Below, in pieces: positions 16,840 to 25,906 of a stretch of 64,000 nt of DNA. Each line of letters begins with the position of its first letter. Position 1 is the stretch's first letter. The translations under genes and the position numbers were made by a program. Below the pieces are notes generated by a model, which was not told where the DNA came from, did no database searches, and saw nothing but the letters and a program-made list of their open reading frames with translations. Source of the stretch: an uncultured Nanoarchaeota archaeon (lineage in GTDB: Archaea > Nanobdellota > Nanobdellia > Pacearchaeales > GW2011-AR1); contig CAVUQF010000001.1 in the NCBI GenBank assembly GCA_963743615.1, positions 43,411-107,410 of the forward strand, read 5' to 3'.

Positions 16840-17341
16840 TTTCGGTTGTTATCATCTCTTCAGTGTTTAATTTTGGTGCTTCTGGTTTGATTCTTAATTT
16901 ATGTTTTATAGATATTTTATTTTCCAATTCTATTGGCACAATATATGCAGGGCTGTTAACTAGTCCTCCATTAACAGAAACTTTTTTGTGAGTTATAAAC
17001 TGTCTTGCACCTTTTATTGTTGTGGCAAGCTTTTTGTTGAATACGACAGTCTGCAATCTTCTAGCCATATAATCTTCCTTAGTTAGCGAAAGCACATCTG
17101 CGATACTGTCCACATTTAATCCAATTCTTTTCAATCTTTTAAAGAAAGCTTCTTTCTCTTCCTCTGGAGCGGTTATAAGATTTTTTGCCTTTTCTCTTAT
17201 TGCATCAACTTTGGCCTGAACTTTCCAGATTTCTCTCTTGTTTTTCAATCCAAATCTCTCTATAATTATTGCTTCTTCCTCAATCCTTTTCTTGTCATAA
17301 GGTTTCTTAGGCCTTGAATAAAGTTTATGTTTTCTCTTCAT
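16823..17341 (-). CDS. rps4: 30S ribosomal protein S4 (uS4)
   Basis: FGLKNKREIW, RRLQTVV, ARQFITH. Confidence 0.97.
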   Translation of the reverse strand: MKRKHKLYSRPKKPYDKKRIEEEAIIIERFGLKNKREIWKVQAKVDAIREKAKNLITAPEEEKEAFFKRLKRIGLNVDSIADVLSLTKEDYMARRLQTVVFNKKLATTIKGARQFITHKKVSVNGGLVNSPAYIVPIELENKISIKHKLRIKPEAPKLNTEEMITTENAIGE

Positions 17342-17802
17342 TTGCCTGTTTTATTCTTCTTTTTAATTCCTACTCCTCTGCTTCTGTTCTTTCTGAAGTT
17401 TGCCTTTGTTCTCTGTCCTCTCAGAGGCAATCCTAATGTATGTCTTGCTCCTCTATAACTCTTAATCTGCTTCAATCTCTTAATATCAAATTCTTTTGAC
17501 AGTTCTAAATCAACTCCAATAACATGCCTATTCTCTCCCGTGTCTCTGTCTTTTCTTCTGTTTAGGATATAAATAGGCAATGAGGGCTTCTTGACAAAGT
17601 CCGAGATCTGCTTTATTTCTTCATCGGAAAGGGAACCAATCTTTTTAGTTCTGTCAAGTTTTAAAGCATAACATATAGCATTTGAAAAGCTCCAGGATAT
17701 ACCCTTAATCTTAGCCAAACCAGCATAAAGGGTCATATTTCCTTCTATATCTTTTGACAAAATTCTGACGATTCTCTCATTACTTTGTTGTTTTGCTTCC
17801 AT
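17338..17802 (-). CDS. rps13: 30S ribosomal protein S13 (uS13)
   Basis: IKGIS, LNRRKD, SYRGARH..GLPLRGQRTK. Confidence 0.97.
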   Translation of the reverse strand: MEAKQQSNERIVRILSKDIEGNMTLYAGLAKIKGISWSFSNAICYALKLDRTKKIGSLSDEEIKQISDFVKKPSLPIYILNRRKDRDTGENRHVIGVDLELSKEFDIKRLKQIKSYRGARHTLGLPLRGQRTKANFRKNRSRGVGIKKKNKTGK

Positions 17803-17803
17803 T

Positions 17804-18340
17804 TTAATGAATGAACAGATTATATCTTTCTCTATCTACGAGCTCTTTAAAAATTCTTCTCTCAACTGCCTTTTCGGGATCTGGGAGATTTGGAATTCTC
17901 TTTCTAATATCCTCAAAGGATTCAAAGGGCTTTTCTTCCCTTTCTTTAAGAATATCATGCATATGCTTCTTTCCTAATCCGGGCAAAAATTCAAGCTGAT
18001 GAACTCTCTTATTTATTGCCTCAGACTTGTTAAAAAATTCCACGAATTCTTTCTCTCTTTCCTTAACAACCTTATTTATAAATTCTTCCAGTTGGGCTTT
18101 TGCAGATTCAGTTAACTTCTCGCGTTGAAGCCTCCCAGAAATATAATAAACCTTGTCTCTCTTTCCTTCTCCAATGTAAACTTTCTCGCCTACTTCAAAA
18201 TTTTCTCCCCTTCTTGGTATCAATTCTAATAGAGTTAGCTCTTTCTCACCTATAGCCTGCACTATAGGAATCATTTTCTTTTCCAAAGGATATCCGTTTG
18301 GTAAATAATCTAGTACTATCGCATATTCTTCTTTTTCCAT
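17804..18340 (-). CDS. DUF655 putative nucleic-acid binding protein
   Basis: EEYAIVLDYL...QAIGE...LLEL...HQLEFLPGLGKK; canonical position after rpoF. Confidence 0.92.
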   Translation of the reverse strand: MEKEEYAIVLDYLPNGYPLEKKMIPIVQAIGEKELTLLELIPRRGENFEVGEKVYIGEGKRDKVYYISGRLQREKLTESAKAQLEEFINKVVKEREKEFVEFFNKSEAINKRVHQLEFLPGLGKKHMHDILKEREEKPFESFEDIRKRIPNLPDPEKAVERRIFKELVDRERYNLFIH

Positions 18341-18345
18341 TTTCT

Positions 18346-18651
18346 CTATTTGATAAATTCTTTAACTGTATCCAAGATCTTTTGAGTTTCATTTTCATCT
18401 AAGGTTATGTCCACAAAAATTTTATTTAAGTCTTCTGAAGTCTCCGGCAAAATGTCTATAACTTTGGAAGTATAATCTGGCTTGATTTTCATGAAGTTCA
18501 ATCCTTCAATCTTTTTCCTAAGTTCCTTTGCTTTTTTGACATCTAGCTTCACAAACTTCTTCATAAATTTGCTCAAGTCTGCAGAATTCTCATTATCTTT
18601 AATGTACTCTTCCGACTCGGTCATGCTAAGGGATTGTCTGTCTTTTATCAT
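18346..18651 (-). CDS. rpoF: RNA polymerase subunit Rpo4 (F)
   Basis: KVIDILPET.EDL..IF motif; L21e-rpoF-DUF655 synteny. Confidence 0.88.
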   Translation of the reverse strand: MIKDRQSLSMTESEEYIKDNENSADLSKFMKKFVKLDVKKAKELRKKIEGLNFMKIKPDYTSKVIDILPETSEDLNKIFVDITLDENETQKILDTVKEFIK

Positions 18652-18652
18652 T

Positions 18653-18907
18653 TTATTGCTTTATTTTCTTCAAATGAACAGGCTCAATTAAAAACGTTTT
18701 TTTCTTGTTCTGTGTAGCTATTTCAATAATGTAAGAATTCCCTCTTTCTCCGGTAATTACTCCTGTTAATCCTTGAAGTCTAAATGGAAACCTTGCATCT
18801 ATAGAAGGTTCTCTTACAACTGCAACAGAATTTCCTTTTTCGAATTTTTGGAATATTTTGCTTAGTCCAGGCCTTCCATTAGTTTGAATTCTTTTTGATT
18901 TACCCAT
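18653..18907 (-). CDS. rpl21e: 50S ribosomal protein L21e
   Basis: FEKGNSV...RLQGLTGVITGERG...PVHLK. Confidence 0.93.
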   Translation of the reverse strand: MGKSKRIQTNGRPGLSKIFQKFEKGNSVAVVREPSIDARFPFRLQGLTGVITGERGNSYIIEIATQNKKKTFLIEPVHLKKIKQ

Positions 18908-18953
18908 AAATTAAACAGAAACAAATCATTTAAAAAGCTATGCTCTCCGCTCC

Positions 18954-19151
18954 TCAGAAGAATCTTTTACCGGTATTATCCAATAAGTCTGATTTCATAA
19001 GCTCTAGATCTCCCTTATCCCTTGTTTCATCTGTGGTCTTTTTTATTGCATCAAACATCTTCTTCCCCCATACCTTTTCTCCGCACCTGTCACAGATTTC
19101 CATAGATCTATTGTCTTTAAGATCAGAACCACAATAAACACATTTCCTCAT
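18954..19151 (-). CDS. Small Zn-finger protein
   Basis: CVYC...CDRC; SD-like GGTGA upstream. Confidence 0.7.
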   Translation of the reverse strand: MRKCVYCGSDLKDNRSMEICDRCGEKVWGKKMFDAIKKTTDETRDKGDLELMKSDLLDNTGKRFF

Positions 19152-19243
19152 TTTTTCACCTTGATTATCTGTGAAAATAAAATTAGTTTTTAAAGATTTG
19201 TATGTTTCAAAAGGTTTTTAAGTCAACAAAATCCCAGACTTTT

Positions 19244-19612
19244 ATGATAAATGATAATATGTTGGAAGAGGAAATCAGGAACGTAGAAAGAAGATTTTTA
19301 AGGGCAAATCCGAAAGATATAGAAAATGAACCCTCGGATAGCAATAGCTATGCAATCCGGGTTTGTGGGAATAGATTAAGAGTGGACCGTGACCAGTTTA
19401 GAGGTTCTGAAACTTATTACTTGTATATACTCCGTCCTAGCGGAGAGGTTATTCAACATTGTAGCAGTTCTCAAGGTTACGACCAAATTTTAGGAAGAAT
19501 GTATCTTAATGCAGAAAGAAAGTACAAAGAATTTGCAGAAAGGCAAAAAGAGAGAGAGGATGAAAAAGAGGAGAAAAGCTTAAGGAGATTTAAAAGAGCT
19601 CTACGTAGATAG
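19244..19612 (+). CDS. Hypothetical protein
   Basis: Open frame; start uncertain (19202, 19244 or 19259). Confidence 0.55.
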   Translation: MINDNMLEEEIRNVERRFLRANPKDIENEPSDSNSYAIRVCGNRLRVDRDQFRGSETYYLYILRPSGEVIQHCSSSQGYDQILGRMYLNAERKYKEFAERQKEREDEKEEKSLRRFKRALRR

Positions 19613-19646
19613 TAATGTTTAAAAACTAATTTTCAAGAATAAATAT

Positions 19647-19844
19647 ATGATAATCCCTGTAAGATGTTTCTCCTGTGGCAAGCCTATTGGGCAGTTGTGG
19701 GAAGAGTACAAAAGGAGAGTTGCGAATGGTGAAAAATCAGGAAAAGTCTTGGATGAGCTCGGATTGGAAAGATACTGCTGCAGATCTGTATTTTTAGGGC
19801 AAACAGACTTAATTGAACTTGTTGGGAAGTTCAAGAAAGCTTAA
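19647..19844 (+). CDS. rpoN: RNA polymerase subunit Rpo10 (N)
   Basis: MIIPVRCFSCGK...RYCCR. Confidence 0.97.
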   Translation: MIIPVRCFSCGKPIGQLWEEYKRRVANGEKSGKVLDELGLERYCCRSVFLGQTDLIELVGKFKKA

Positions 19845-20094
19845 TCTTCCATCTGCTTATATTATCACAATTTTCACATCTAACAGATTTTTTCCCCCTC
19901 TTGATTCTTATGTTTGGATTTTTATAAGGGCTAAAGCATTTCCCGCAAAATGTCTTCCTTAACTCTTTTAGTTTGATATTTTGGCTCATAGCCTTCTTGG
20001 TGACTTTTTTGATTTCATCCGGGGTTTTATTTTTTATATCCTGAAAGAAGTTTTTAATCTCCTCTTCCGCTTCTTTTTTTGAAGATTTCTTCAT
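19831..20094 (-). CDS. RNase P protein Rpp21-like (shortened)
   Basis: RKTFCGKC...IRIK.G..SVRCENC..SR Zn-ribbon typical of Rpp21/Rpr2. Confidence 0.7.
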   Translation of the reverse strand: MKKSSKKEAEEEIKNFFQDIKNKTPDEIKKVTKKAMSQNIKLKELRKTFCGKCFSPYKNPNIRIKRGKKSVRCENCDNISRWKIKLS

Positions 20095-20129
20095 TTATTG
20101 TAGAAATGAACCTTTTTTATAAAATTATA

Positions 20130-20242
20130 GAAGACAGCTTAATGACTTAGCTTCTTTTCGAAACTACCACCATCAACATAAAAGGCTTAACTTCTGGGTT
20201 CGGAATGAGACCAGGTGTTTCCCTTTTACTATGGCCGTCTTC
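20130..20242 (-). rRNA. rrf: 5S rRNA
   Basis: GAAGACGGCCATAG...GAAACACCTGGTCTCATTCCGAACCCAGAAGTTAAGCC...GCTGTCTTC; terminal helix I pairs. Confidence 0.93.
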
Positions 20243-20305
20243 GAAATTTCCTAGACATAGCCATTTATAAAACTTTTTATAGGGGCTCTTCAATGATATT
20301 TGTAC

Positions 20306-20389
20306 GCGGGAGTGCCGGAGCGGTCAAACGGGCAAGATTAAGGCTCTTGTGGCTTAGTGCCTGCGCAGGTTCGAATCCTGTCTCCCGCA
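20306..20389 (+). tRNA. tRNA-Leu(AAG)
   Basis: GCGGGAG/CTCCCGC-A acceptor, anticodon arm CAAGA-TTAAGGC-TCTTG, long variable arm, GGTTCGAATCC. Confidence 0.9.
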
Positions 20390-20390
20390 T

Positions 20391-20975
20391 TTATGAATAG
20401 AGCTCATTAAATAAAGTCAAATAGCCTTTAGAAGCTAAAGTAAATTGGTTTGCTTCAGCATCAATTTTTATACTTCCTGAAGAGAGCGCACTCCCTACAG
20501 AAGTACCATTCTCGAGTATGTTTGACAGCTCTTGAGATGTTGTTGCAATTGTTATATCGGGGTTAGTTATGTTCCCCTCACTGATTATAATATCTCCATT
20601 GGATACTTCCATAAAATAGGAATTATTGTCAAGATATGATTGAATTTTTGGAGTAATTGAAGTTAGGGGGATATTATGTAGACTATATAACTTTAGAATT
20701 ATAGAACTATAATTTGCTAAACTCTTTTCTATATCTGAAATTGAATAATTTGTGATATTTGATTCTATTAAAATTGTTTTATTTCCTGCAGAAGTTGGGA
20801 TATTTATCATTTCATAATTAGGGCTATTATACTCTGAAGATGTACCGGAAAGGTTATTTGAACCAAAACTATGCCCGCTTAAATATAGATAGATAAAATA
20901 TCCTGCAACTCCCAAAAGGATTATTATAAAAATTATTAGTGCAATCACTATACTCTTCATCTGTTTTTCTTCCAT
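20391..20975 (-). CDS. Membrane-anchored protein, C-terminal SCP2-like domain possible
   Basis: N-terminal TM; C-terminal ISEGNITNPDITI...ALSSGSIKI pattern. Confidence 0.6.
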   Translation of the reverse strand: MEEKQMKSIVIALIIFIIILLGVAGYFIYLYLSGHSFGSNNLSGTSSEYNSPNYEMINIPTSAGNKTILIESNITNYSISDIEKSLANYSSIILKLYSLHNIPLTSITPKIQSYLDNNSYFMEVSNGDIIISEGNITNPDITIATTSQELSNILENGTSVGSALSSGSIKIDAEANQFTLASKGYLTLFNELYS

Positions 20976-21025
20976 AATTTAATGATACCAAACTTATTTA
21001 AAAAGATAGTCTTAGTTTAGTCGAA

Positions 21026-21101
21026 GCGCCCGTAGCTCAGCCTGGATTAGAGCATCTCCGTCCTAAGGAGAGGGTCGTAGGTTCAAATCCTATCGGGCGC
21101 A
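21026..21101 (+). tRNA. tRNA-Arg(CCT)
   Basis: GCGCCCG acceptor, TCTCC-GTCCTAA-GGAGA anticodon arm, GGTTCAAATCC. Confidence 0.95.
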
Positions 21102-21107
21102 TTTCAA

Positions 21108-21494
21108 ATGGGAGAAAAAAGCAATTCTGTAGATGAGATAGTTAAGAAAATTGAGAATATACCAATTTGGATAGATAATTTTGAAGGTTCTGCATATTTA
21201 CTTAATAATGAAGCGATTATCTCTATAAATCAGCCTTTGGAGGAAATGGCCCTGTCTTTGGTTCATGAAGTATTGCATACATTTCCAAAATATTCTTCTG
21301 ATAATTTTGATAGCCCAGAAAAATGTGAAATCAAGGTTGAAAGAGACGCATTAGATTTATATTTTCATTTTTCAGAAATAAGAAGCTTGGCAGAAAAACG
21401 GATACGGAACACATTGTGGCCAATTGGATACCAAATGTTCCTGCCATTTGATACCTTATTATATGTGGCCAACAGGCTAAACAATAATCTTTAA
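21108..21494 (+). CDS. HExxH metallopeptidase-like hypothetical protein
   Basis: IISIN...LSLVHEVLH...E motif. Confidence 0.55.
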   Translation: MGEKSNSVDEIVKKIENIPIWIDNFEGSAYLLNNEAIISINQPLEEMALSLVHEVLHTFPKYSSDNFDSPEKCEIKVERDALDLYFHFSEIRSLAEKRIRNTLWPIGYQMFLPFDTLLYVANRLNNNL

Positions 21495-21520
21495 AACTCT
21501 CTTTTAATACATATTTTTAA

Positions 21521-21592
21521 GCGTGGGTAGTATAGCGGTTAGTATATCTGCCTTCCAAGCAGATGGTCCGGGTTCAACCCCCGGCCTACGCA
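21521..21592 (+). tRNA. tRNA-Gly(TCC)
   Basis: GCGTGGG/CCTACGC-A acceptor, TCTGC-CTTCCAA-GCAGA. Confidence 0.95.
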
Positions 21593-21600
21593 TTTACAAG

Positions 21601-22518
21601 ATGGAAGAACAAAAGGAAAAGAAAAAATTTATTGACTCTCTTAAAGACTTTTACGATAAAAGGTATAGGCTGCTTTTTGTTCTCACAGCCATTCTTATAA
21701 TCTCTTCAGTAATTTTTATTTTCTTTTTCCATCTTCAAACCAATGATTTTATTTACAAAGACATTTCTCTTTCCGGAGGAACTTTGGTTACTATTAATAG
21801 CAATAATTTAAGTGTAACTAAATTACAACAGGACCTTTCGGGTTCTTTGGGGGATATACAAGTAAATTCTATAAAAGATATGATTACTCAAGAGCAGAAA
21901 GCAGTGCAGATTCAGACAACAGAAAATGCAACTGCGGCAAGGCAGATAATTAGTGATTACTTAGGATATAATCTGACAAATCAGAATAGTAGTTTTGAGT
22001 TTACAAGTCCTACACTTGGATCAGATTTTTACCAACAGTTGATACTTGCCATATTGATTGCATTTGTATTCATGTCTATTGTGGTATTTATTCTGTTCAG
22101 GACTTTTGTTCCTTCAGGAGCGGTTGTTCTGTCTGCATTTGCGGATATCTTGATGACTCTTGTTGTAGTAGATATGATTGGAATGAGATTGTCCTCCGCA
22201 GGAATTATAGCATTCTTGATGTTGATTGGATATTCTGTTGATACTGATATATTACTTACGAATAGAGTTTTGAAAAGAGATTCTGGTTCTATAAATAACA
22301 GGATTTTCGGGGCATTCAAGACCGGTATTACAATGTCTGTAACCGCATTGGTATCTGTTTTAAGTGCATTGGTAATAACGGGTTCTTTCTCAAGTACACT
22401 ATCTCAGATATTTACAATACTTGCAATTGGTCTTTGCTTTGATATTTATAATACATGGGTTACAAATGCCTCAATAATTAAATGGTACGCAACACGAAAA
22501 AATGAAAGCAAAGCTTAA
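21601..22518 (+). CDS. secF: Protein translocase subunit SecF
   Basis: DISLSGGT, LMLIGYSVDTDILLT; start set at 21601 because the ORF-track start lies inside tRNA-Gly. Confidence 0.93.
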   Translation: MEEQKEKKKFIDSLKDFYDKRYRLLFVLTAILIISSVIFIFFFHLQTNDFIYKDISLSGGTLVTINSNNLSVTKLQQDLSGSLGDIQVNSIKDMITQEQKAVQIQTTENATAARQIISDYLGYNLTNQNSSFEFTSPTLGSDFYQQLILAILIAFVFMSIVVFILFRTFVPSGAVVLSAFADILMTLVVVDMIGMRLSSAGIIAFLMLIGYSVDTDILLTNRVLKRDSGSINNRIFGAFKTGITMSVTALVSVLSALVITGSFSSTLSQIFTILAIGLCFDIYNTWVTNASIIKWYATRKNESKA

Positions 22519-24034
22519 ACTCACTTGGAAAATTTGGTTATTAATTATCTTTCTTATATTATCTCTTTTGTCTATATTTTATAGTCCTTACTTATTTCAA
22601 AAAGGAGTTGTTATTTCAAGTGTAAATCAAAATTCAACTGCAGCTCTTCAAGGGTTTAATTCCAGTTCTGTGATAAATTCAATTAATGACCAGACTGTGA
22701 CAGATACTGAAGATTATTCAAACATCGTTCAAAGCCTGTTTACATCAACTAATAGTGTTAAAGTTGTTTTCAATACAAATCAAGGTCAGATAATTTATTA
22801 TTCAAACTCCTCACCAGATATTGTTGTTTCGAATATTCCTCCAACAAATCTAAAAATGGGTCTGGATCTTTCAGGAGGAGCAAAGGCACTTGTGCAAGCA
22901 GCAAATCAGTCAATGACTGTAAGTCAAGCAAGTGAAGTTGCGCAGATGATCTCAAATAGATTAAATGTTTACGGTTTGCAGGATATTCAAGTTTCTCCAA
23001 TCAGTGATTTAAGCGGAAACAACTATGTGAGCATAGAGATCGCCGGTGCAACTCCTAATGATTTAGAAAGCCTGATTTCACAGCAGGGGAAGTTTGTTGC
23101 TATGATTGGGAATCAAACAGTTTTCCAAGGAGAAAAACAGGATATAGCATCAGTTGCAACATCCGGGCAACAATCCGGGATACAATCTTGCAGTCAGCAA
23201 TCAGATGGTTCTTATACCTGTCAGTTTAGTTTTGCAGTCTATTTAAGTCAGGCTGCAGCAGAGAGATTTGCATTGCTTACTCAGAATTTATCTGTTATAT
23301 CAAATTCTAACGGAAATTACTTATCAAAAAATATTGACTTATATCTTGACAATCAGCTAATTGAAAGTTTAAACATAAGTGCAAATCTTAAAGGTTATAC
23401 CACGACTCAAGTCTCAATTCAGGGGTATGGGGCAGGTGCAACCCAGACAGATGCGTATAATTCAGCTATTGCGCAAATGAAGAAGTTGCAGACAATTCTT
23501 GAGACGGGAAGTCTTCCATTCCAGCTGCAGATAGTTGAGCTAGATACTATCTCTCCTTTGTTGGGGCAGGATTTCACCAGTGCGATAATACTTGCAGGAA
23601 TAATCGCAATATTTGCAGTTTCAATTGTTATATTCATTCGATATAAAAGAATCAAACTCTCTTTGGCATTAATTCTCACAAGTTTGTCTGAAATAATAAT
23701 TATCCTGGGGATTGCAGCATTTATTCAATGGAATCTGGATCTTCCTAGTATTGCAGGTATTTTGGCAACTATAGGAACGGGAATAGATAGTCAGATAATT
23801 ATTATTGATGAAGCAAAAACAAAATTGTTGAACTTGAAACAAAGATTGAAAAGGGCATTCTCGATTATTTTAGGTTCTTATTTCACCGCATTTGTTGCAT
23901 TGCTTCCCTTGTATTGGGCTGCCGCAGGATTTTTCAAAGGATTTGCATTTACAACAATTATCGGGATTACTGTAGGAATCTTAATTACAAGACCGGCATT
24001 TGTAGATATTGTAAATAAAATTCAAAAGGAATGA
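22502..24034 (+). CDS. secD: Protein translocase subunit SecD
   Basis: LKMGLDLSGG, RLNVYGL, GSLP, LDLPSIAGI..IGTGID, KGFAFTTIIG. Confidence 0.93.
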   Translation: MKAKLKLTWKIWLLIIFLILSLLSIFYSPYLFQKGVVISSVNQNSTAALQGFNSSSVINSINDQTVTDTEDYSNIVQSLFTSTNSVKVVFNTNQGQIIYYSNSSPDIVVSNIPPTNLKMGLDLSGGAKALVQAANQSMTVSQASEVAQMISNRLNVYGLQDIQVSPISDLSGNNYVSIEIAGATPNDLESLISQQGKFVAMIGNQTVFQGEKQDIASVATSGQQSGIQSCSQQSDGSYTCQFSFAVYLSQAAAERFALLTQNLSVISNSNGNYLSKNIDLYLDNQLIESLNISANLKGYTTTQVSIQGYGAGATQTDAYNSAIAQMKKLQTILETGSLPFQLQIVELDTISPLLGQDFTSAIILAGIIAIFAVSIVIFIRYKRIKLSLALILTSLSEIIIILGIAAFIQWNLDLPSIAGILATIGTGIDSQIIIIDEAKTKLLNLKQRLKRAFSIILGSYFTAFVALLPLYWAAAGFFKGFAFTTIIGITVGILITRPAFVDIVNKIQKE

Positions 24035-24083
24035 ATCTGGATATCATAATCTTTAAAAATTAATTCCCTTACTTCTTGTCTAA

Positions 24084-25076
24084 ATGAAAATTTTAGTTAC
24101 AGGCGGTTCTGGGTTCATCGGTAGCAATTTTATAGAATTTCTTCTACAGAACTCTGGAGAATCTGAAATTGAGGTTTCAAATCTAGACAAAAGAACTTAT
24201 GCTGCCAAAGGCGATAATATAGAGTATCTTGGTTTGAGCAATGATCCAAGATATAAATTTTTTTTGGGAGATGTCTCCAATAAAGATTTGGTCGAGGAAG
24301 TTTTTAGTCAAGTGCATCCAGATTTAGTATTTAATTTTGCCGCAGAGAGCCATGTTGATAGAAGCATCCAATACCAAGATCTTTTTGTCCTATCAAATAT
24401 CTTGGGTACAGCCAATTTATTGGGAGTCTCTTCCAAACTAGGATTAGAAAGATTTGTACAAATTTCTACGGACGAGGTCTATGGTAGCAAGAAAGAGGGA
24501 AGTTTCGTTGAGGAGGATAAATTAACTCCTTCCAGTACTTATTCTGCTACTAAAGCTGCTGCGGAACATCTTGTTACTGCCTATCATACAACAGAAAATA
24601 CTCCTACATTAATAACACGTTCATCCAATAATTACGGAAAACTGCAGTTTCCAGAAAAGTTGATCCCTCTCTTTATAACAAATCTCTTGGAAGGGGAAAA
24701 AGTTCCTCTAATGTGGTCTGAAGATAATCCTGGACTTAATATAAGAGACTGGATTCATGTAGAAGATAATTGTAGGGCAATTTGGCATGTTGCTAAATAT
24801 GGCAAAGTCGGAGAGGCATATAACATTTCCGGTAATAGCGAGACAGATAATCTAACAATAACTAGATCTATTCTCTCTTACTTTGGCTATGGAGAAGATA
24901 TGATTGAAAAAGTTCCGCATAGAAAAGGCCATGACTTTAGATATTCCATCTCAGGCGAAAAACTAAAGAATTTAGGTTTTGAGTATATACACCCGGATCT
25001 TAACCAGGGGCTAAGTGATACTTGCAGATGGTACGCTGAAAATAGCAAATGGTGGAGCCCATTAAAAGCAAAATGA
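24084..25076 (+). CDS. rfbB: dTDP-glucose 4,6-dehydratase
   Basis: GGSGFIG, AAESHVDRSI, STDEVYG, YSATKAA, QFPEKLIP, RKGHDFRY. Confidence 0.95.
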   Translation: MKILVTGGSGFIGSNFIEFLLQNSGESEIEVSNLDKRTYAAKGDNIEYLGLSNDPRYKFFLGDVSNKDLVEEVFSQVHPDLVFNFAAESHVDRSIQYQDLFVLSNILGTANLLGVSSKLGLERFVQISTDEVYGSKKEGSFVEEDKLTPSSTYSATKAAAEHLVTAYHTTENTPTLITRSSNNYGKLQFPEKLIPLFITNLLEGEKVPLMWSEDNPGLNIRDWIHVEDNCRAIWHVAKYGKVGEAYNISGNSETDNLTITRSILSYFGYGEDMIEKVPHRKGHDFRYSISGEKLKNLGFEYIHPDLNQGLSDTCRWYAENSKWWSPLKAK

Positions 25077-25906
25077 AAGGACTTGTATTTGGTAATGGTT
25101 TTCTTGGTACAAGGCTTAGTAATTATTTGGGGTATAGAACTGTAGGAAGGGAAGAAGCTGATGCTACTAATATTTCTCAAATAGAAAGGATACTAGAACT
25201 TGAAAAACCGGACATTGTAATTAATGCAGTAGGAAAAACCGGTAGACCGAATATTGACTGGTGTGAAACTCATAAGGAAGAAACAGTTCTCTCAAATGTC
25301 TGTGCAACTGCAAATTTGGCTATGCAAAGCTCTCTTAGAAAGATTTATTTTGTACATCTTGGAAGCGGATGTATCTATAATGGGGATAATAATGGAAAAG
25401 GCTTTAGTGAAGAAGATGAACCTAACTTCTATGGACCTCAGTTTTATGCAAAAACAAAGATTTTATCTGAGAAAATTTTAAAAGAATTTCCCTCGCTTAT
25501 TCTTAGAATTAGGATGCCTATTGATGACAAACCCCATGATAGAAATCTAATAGATAAGTTATCAAGATATAATAGTCTAGTAGATATCCCAAATTCTATG
25601 ACTACTATTCCTCAATTTCTTGAAGCTACAGAGAAATTAATTAGGAGGCAGAAAACGGGGATTTATAATATGGTAAATCCCGGGCAGATTTCGCCCTACG
25701 AAATTATGGAACTTTATAGGGATATTGTTGATCCTTTTCACCATTTTGAATTATTATCTCATGACGAATTGGATACGATTACAAAGGGTAAGAGATCTAA
25801 TTGTTATCTAAGTACAGATAAATTAAAAAGAGAAGGAATAACACTTCCCGAAATTCATGATGCAGTAAGGTCTTGTCTACTAAATTATAAGAGAGTTGTA
25901 AAATGA
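25073..25906 (+). CDS. NDP-4-keto-6-deoxyglucose 3,5-epimerase/4-reductase (UER1/NRS-ER-like)
   Basis: GKTGRPNIDWCE, GSGCIY, FSEEDEPNF, LRIRMPI, IPNSMT, RSNC; ATGA overlap with rfbB. Confidence 0.8.
   Translation: MKGLVFGNGFLGTRLSNYLGYRTVGREEADATNISQIERILELEKPDIVINAVGKTGRPNIDWCETHKEETVLSNVCATANLAMQSSLRKIYFVHLGSGCIYNGDNNGKGFSEEDEPNFYGPQFYAKTKILSEKILKEFPSLILRIRMPIDDKPHDRNLIDKLSRYNSLVDIPNSMTTIPQFLEATEKLIRRQKTGIYNMVNPGQISPYEIMELYRDIVDPFHHFELLSHDELDTITKGKRSNCYLSTDKLKREGITLPEIHDAVRSCLLNYKRVVK

Noticed and set aside
20215..20400. 61-aa ORF
   Set aside because: Overlaps 5S rRNA and tRNA-Leu
21523..21600. N-terminal extension of SecF in the ORF track
   Set aside because: Lies within tRNA-Gly; the real start is 21601
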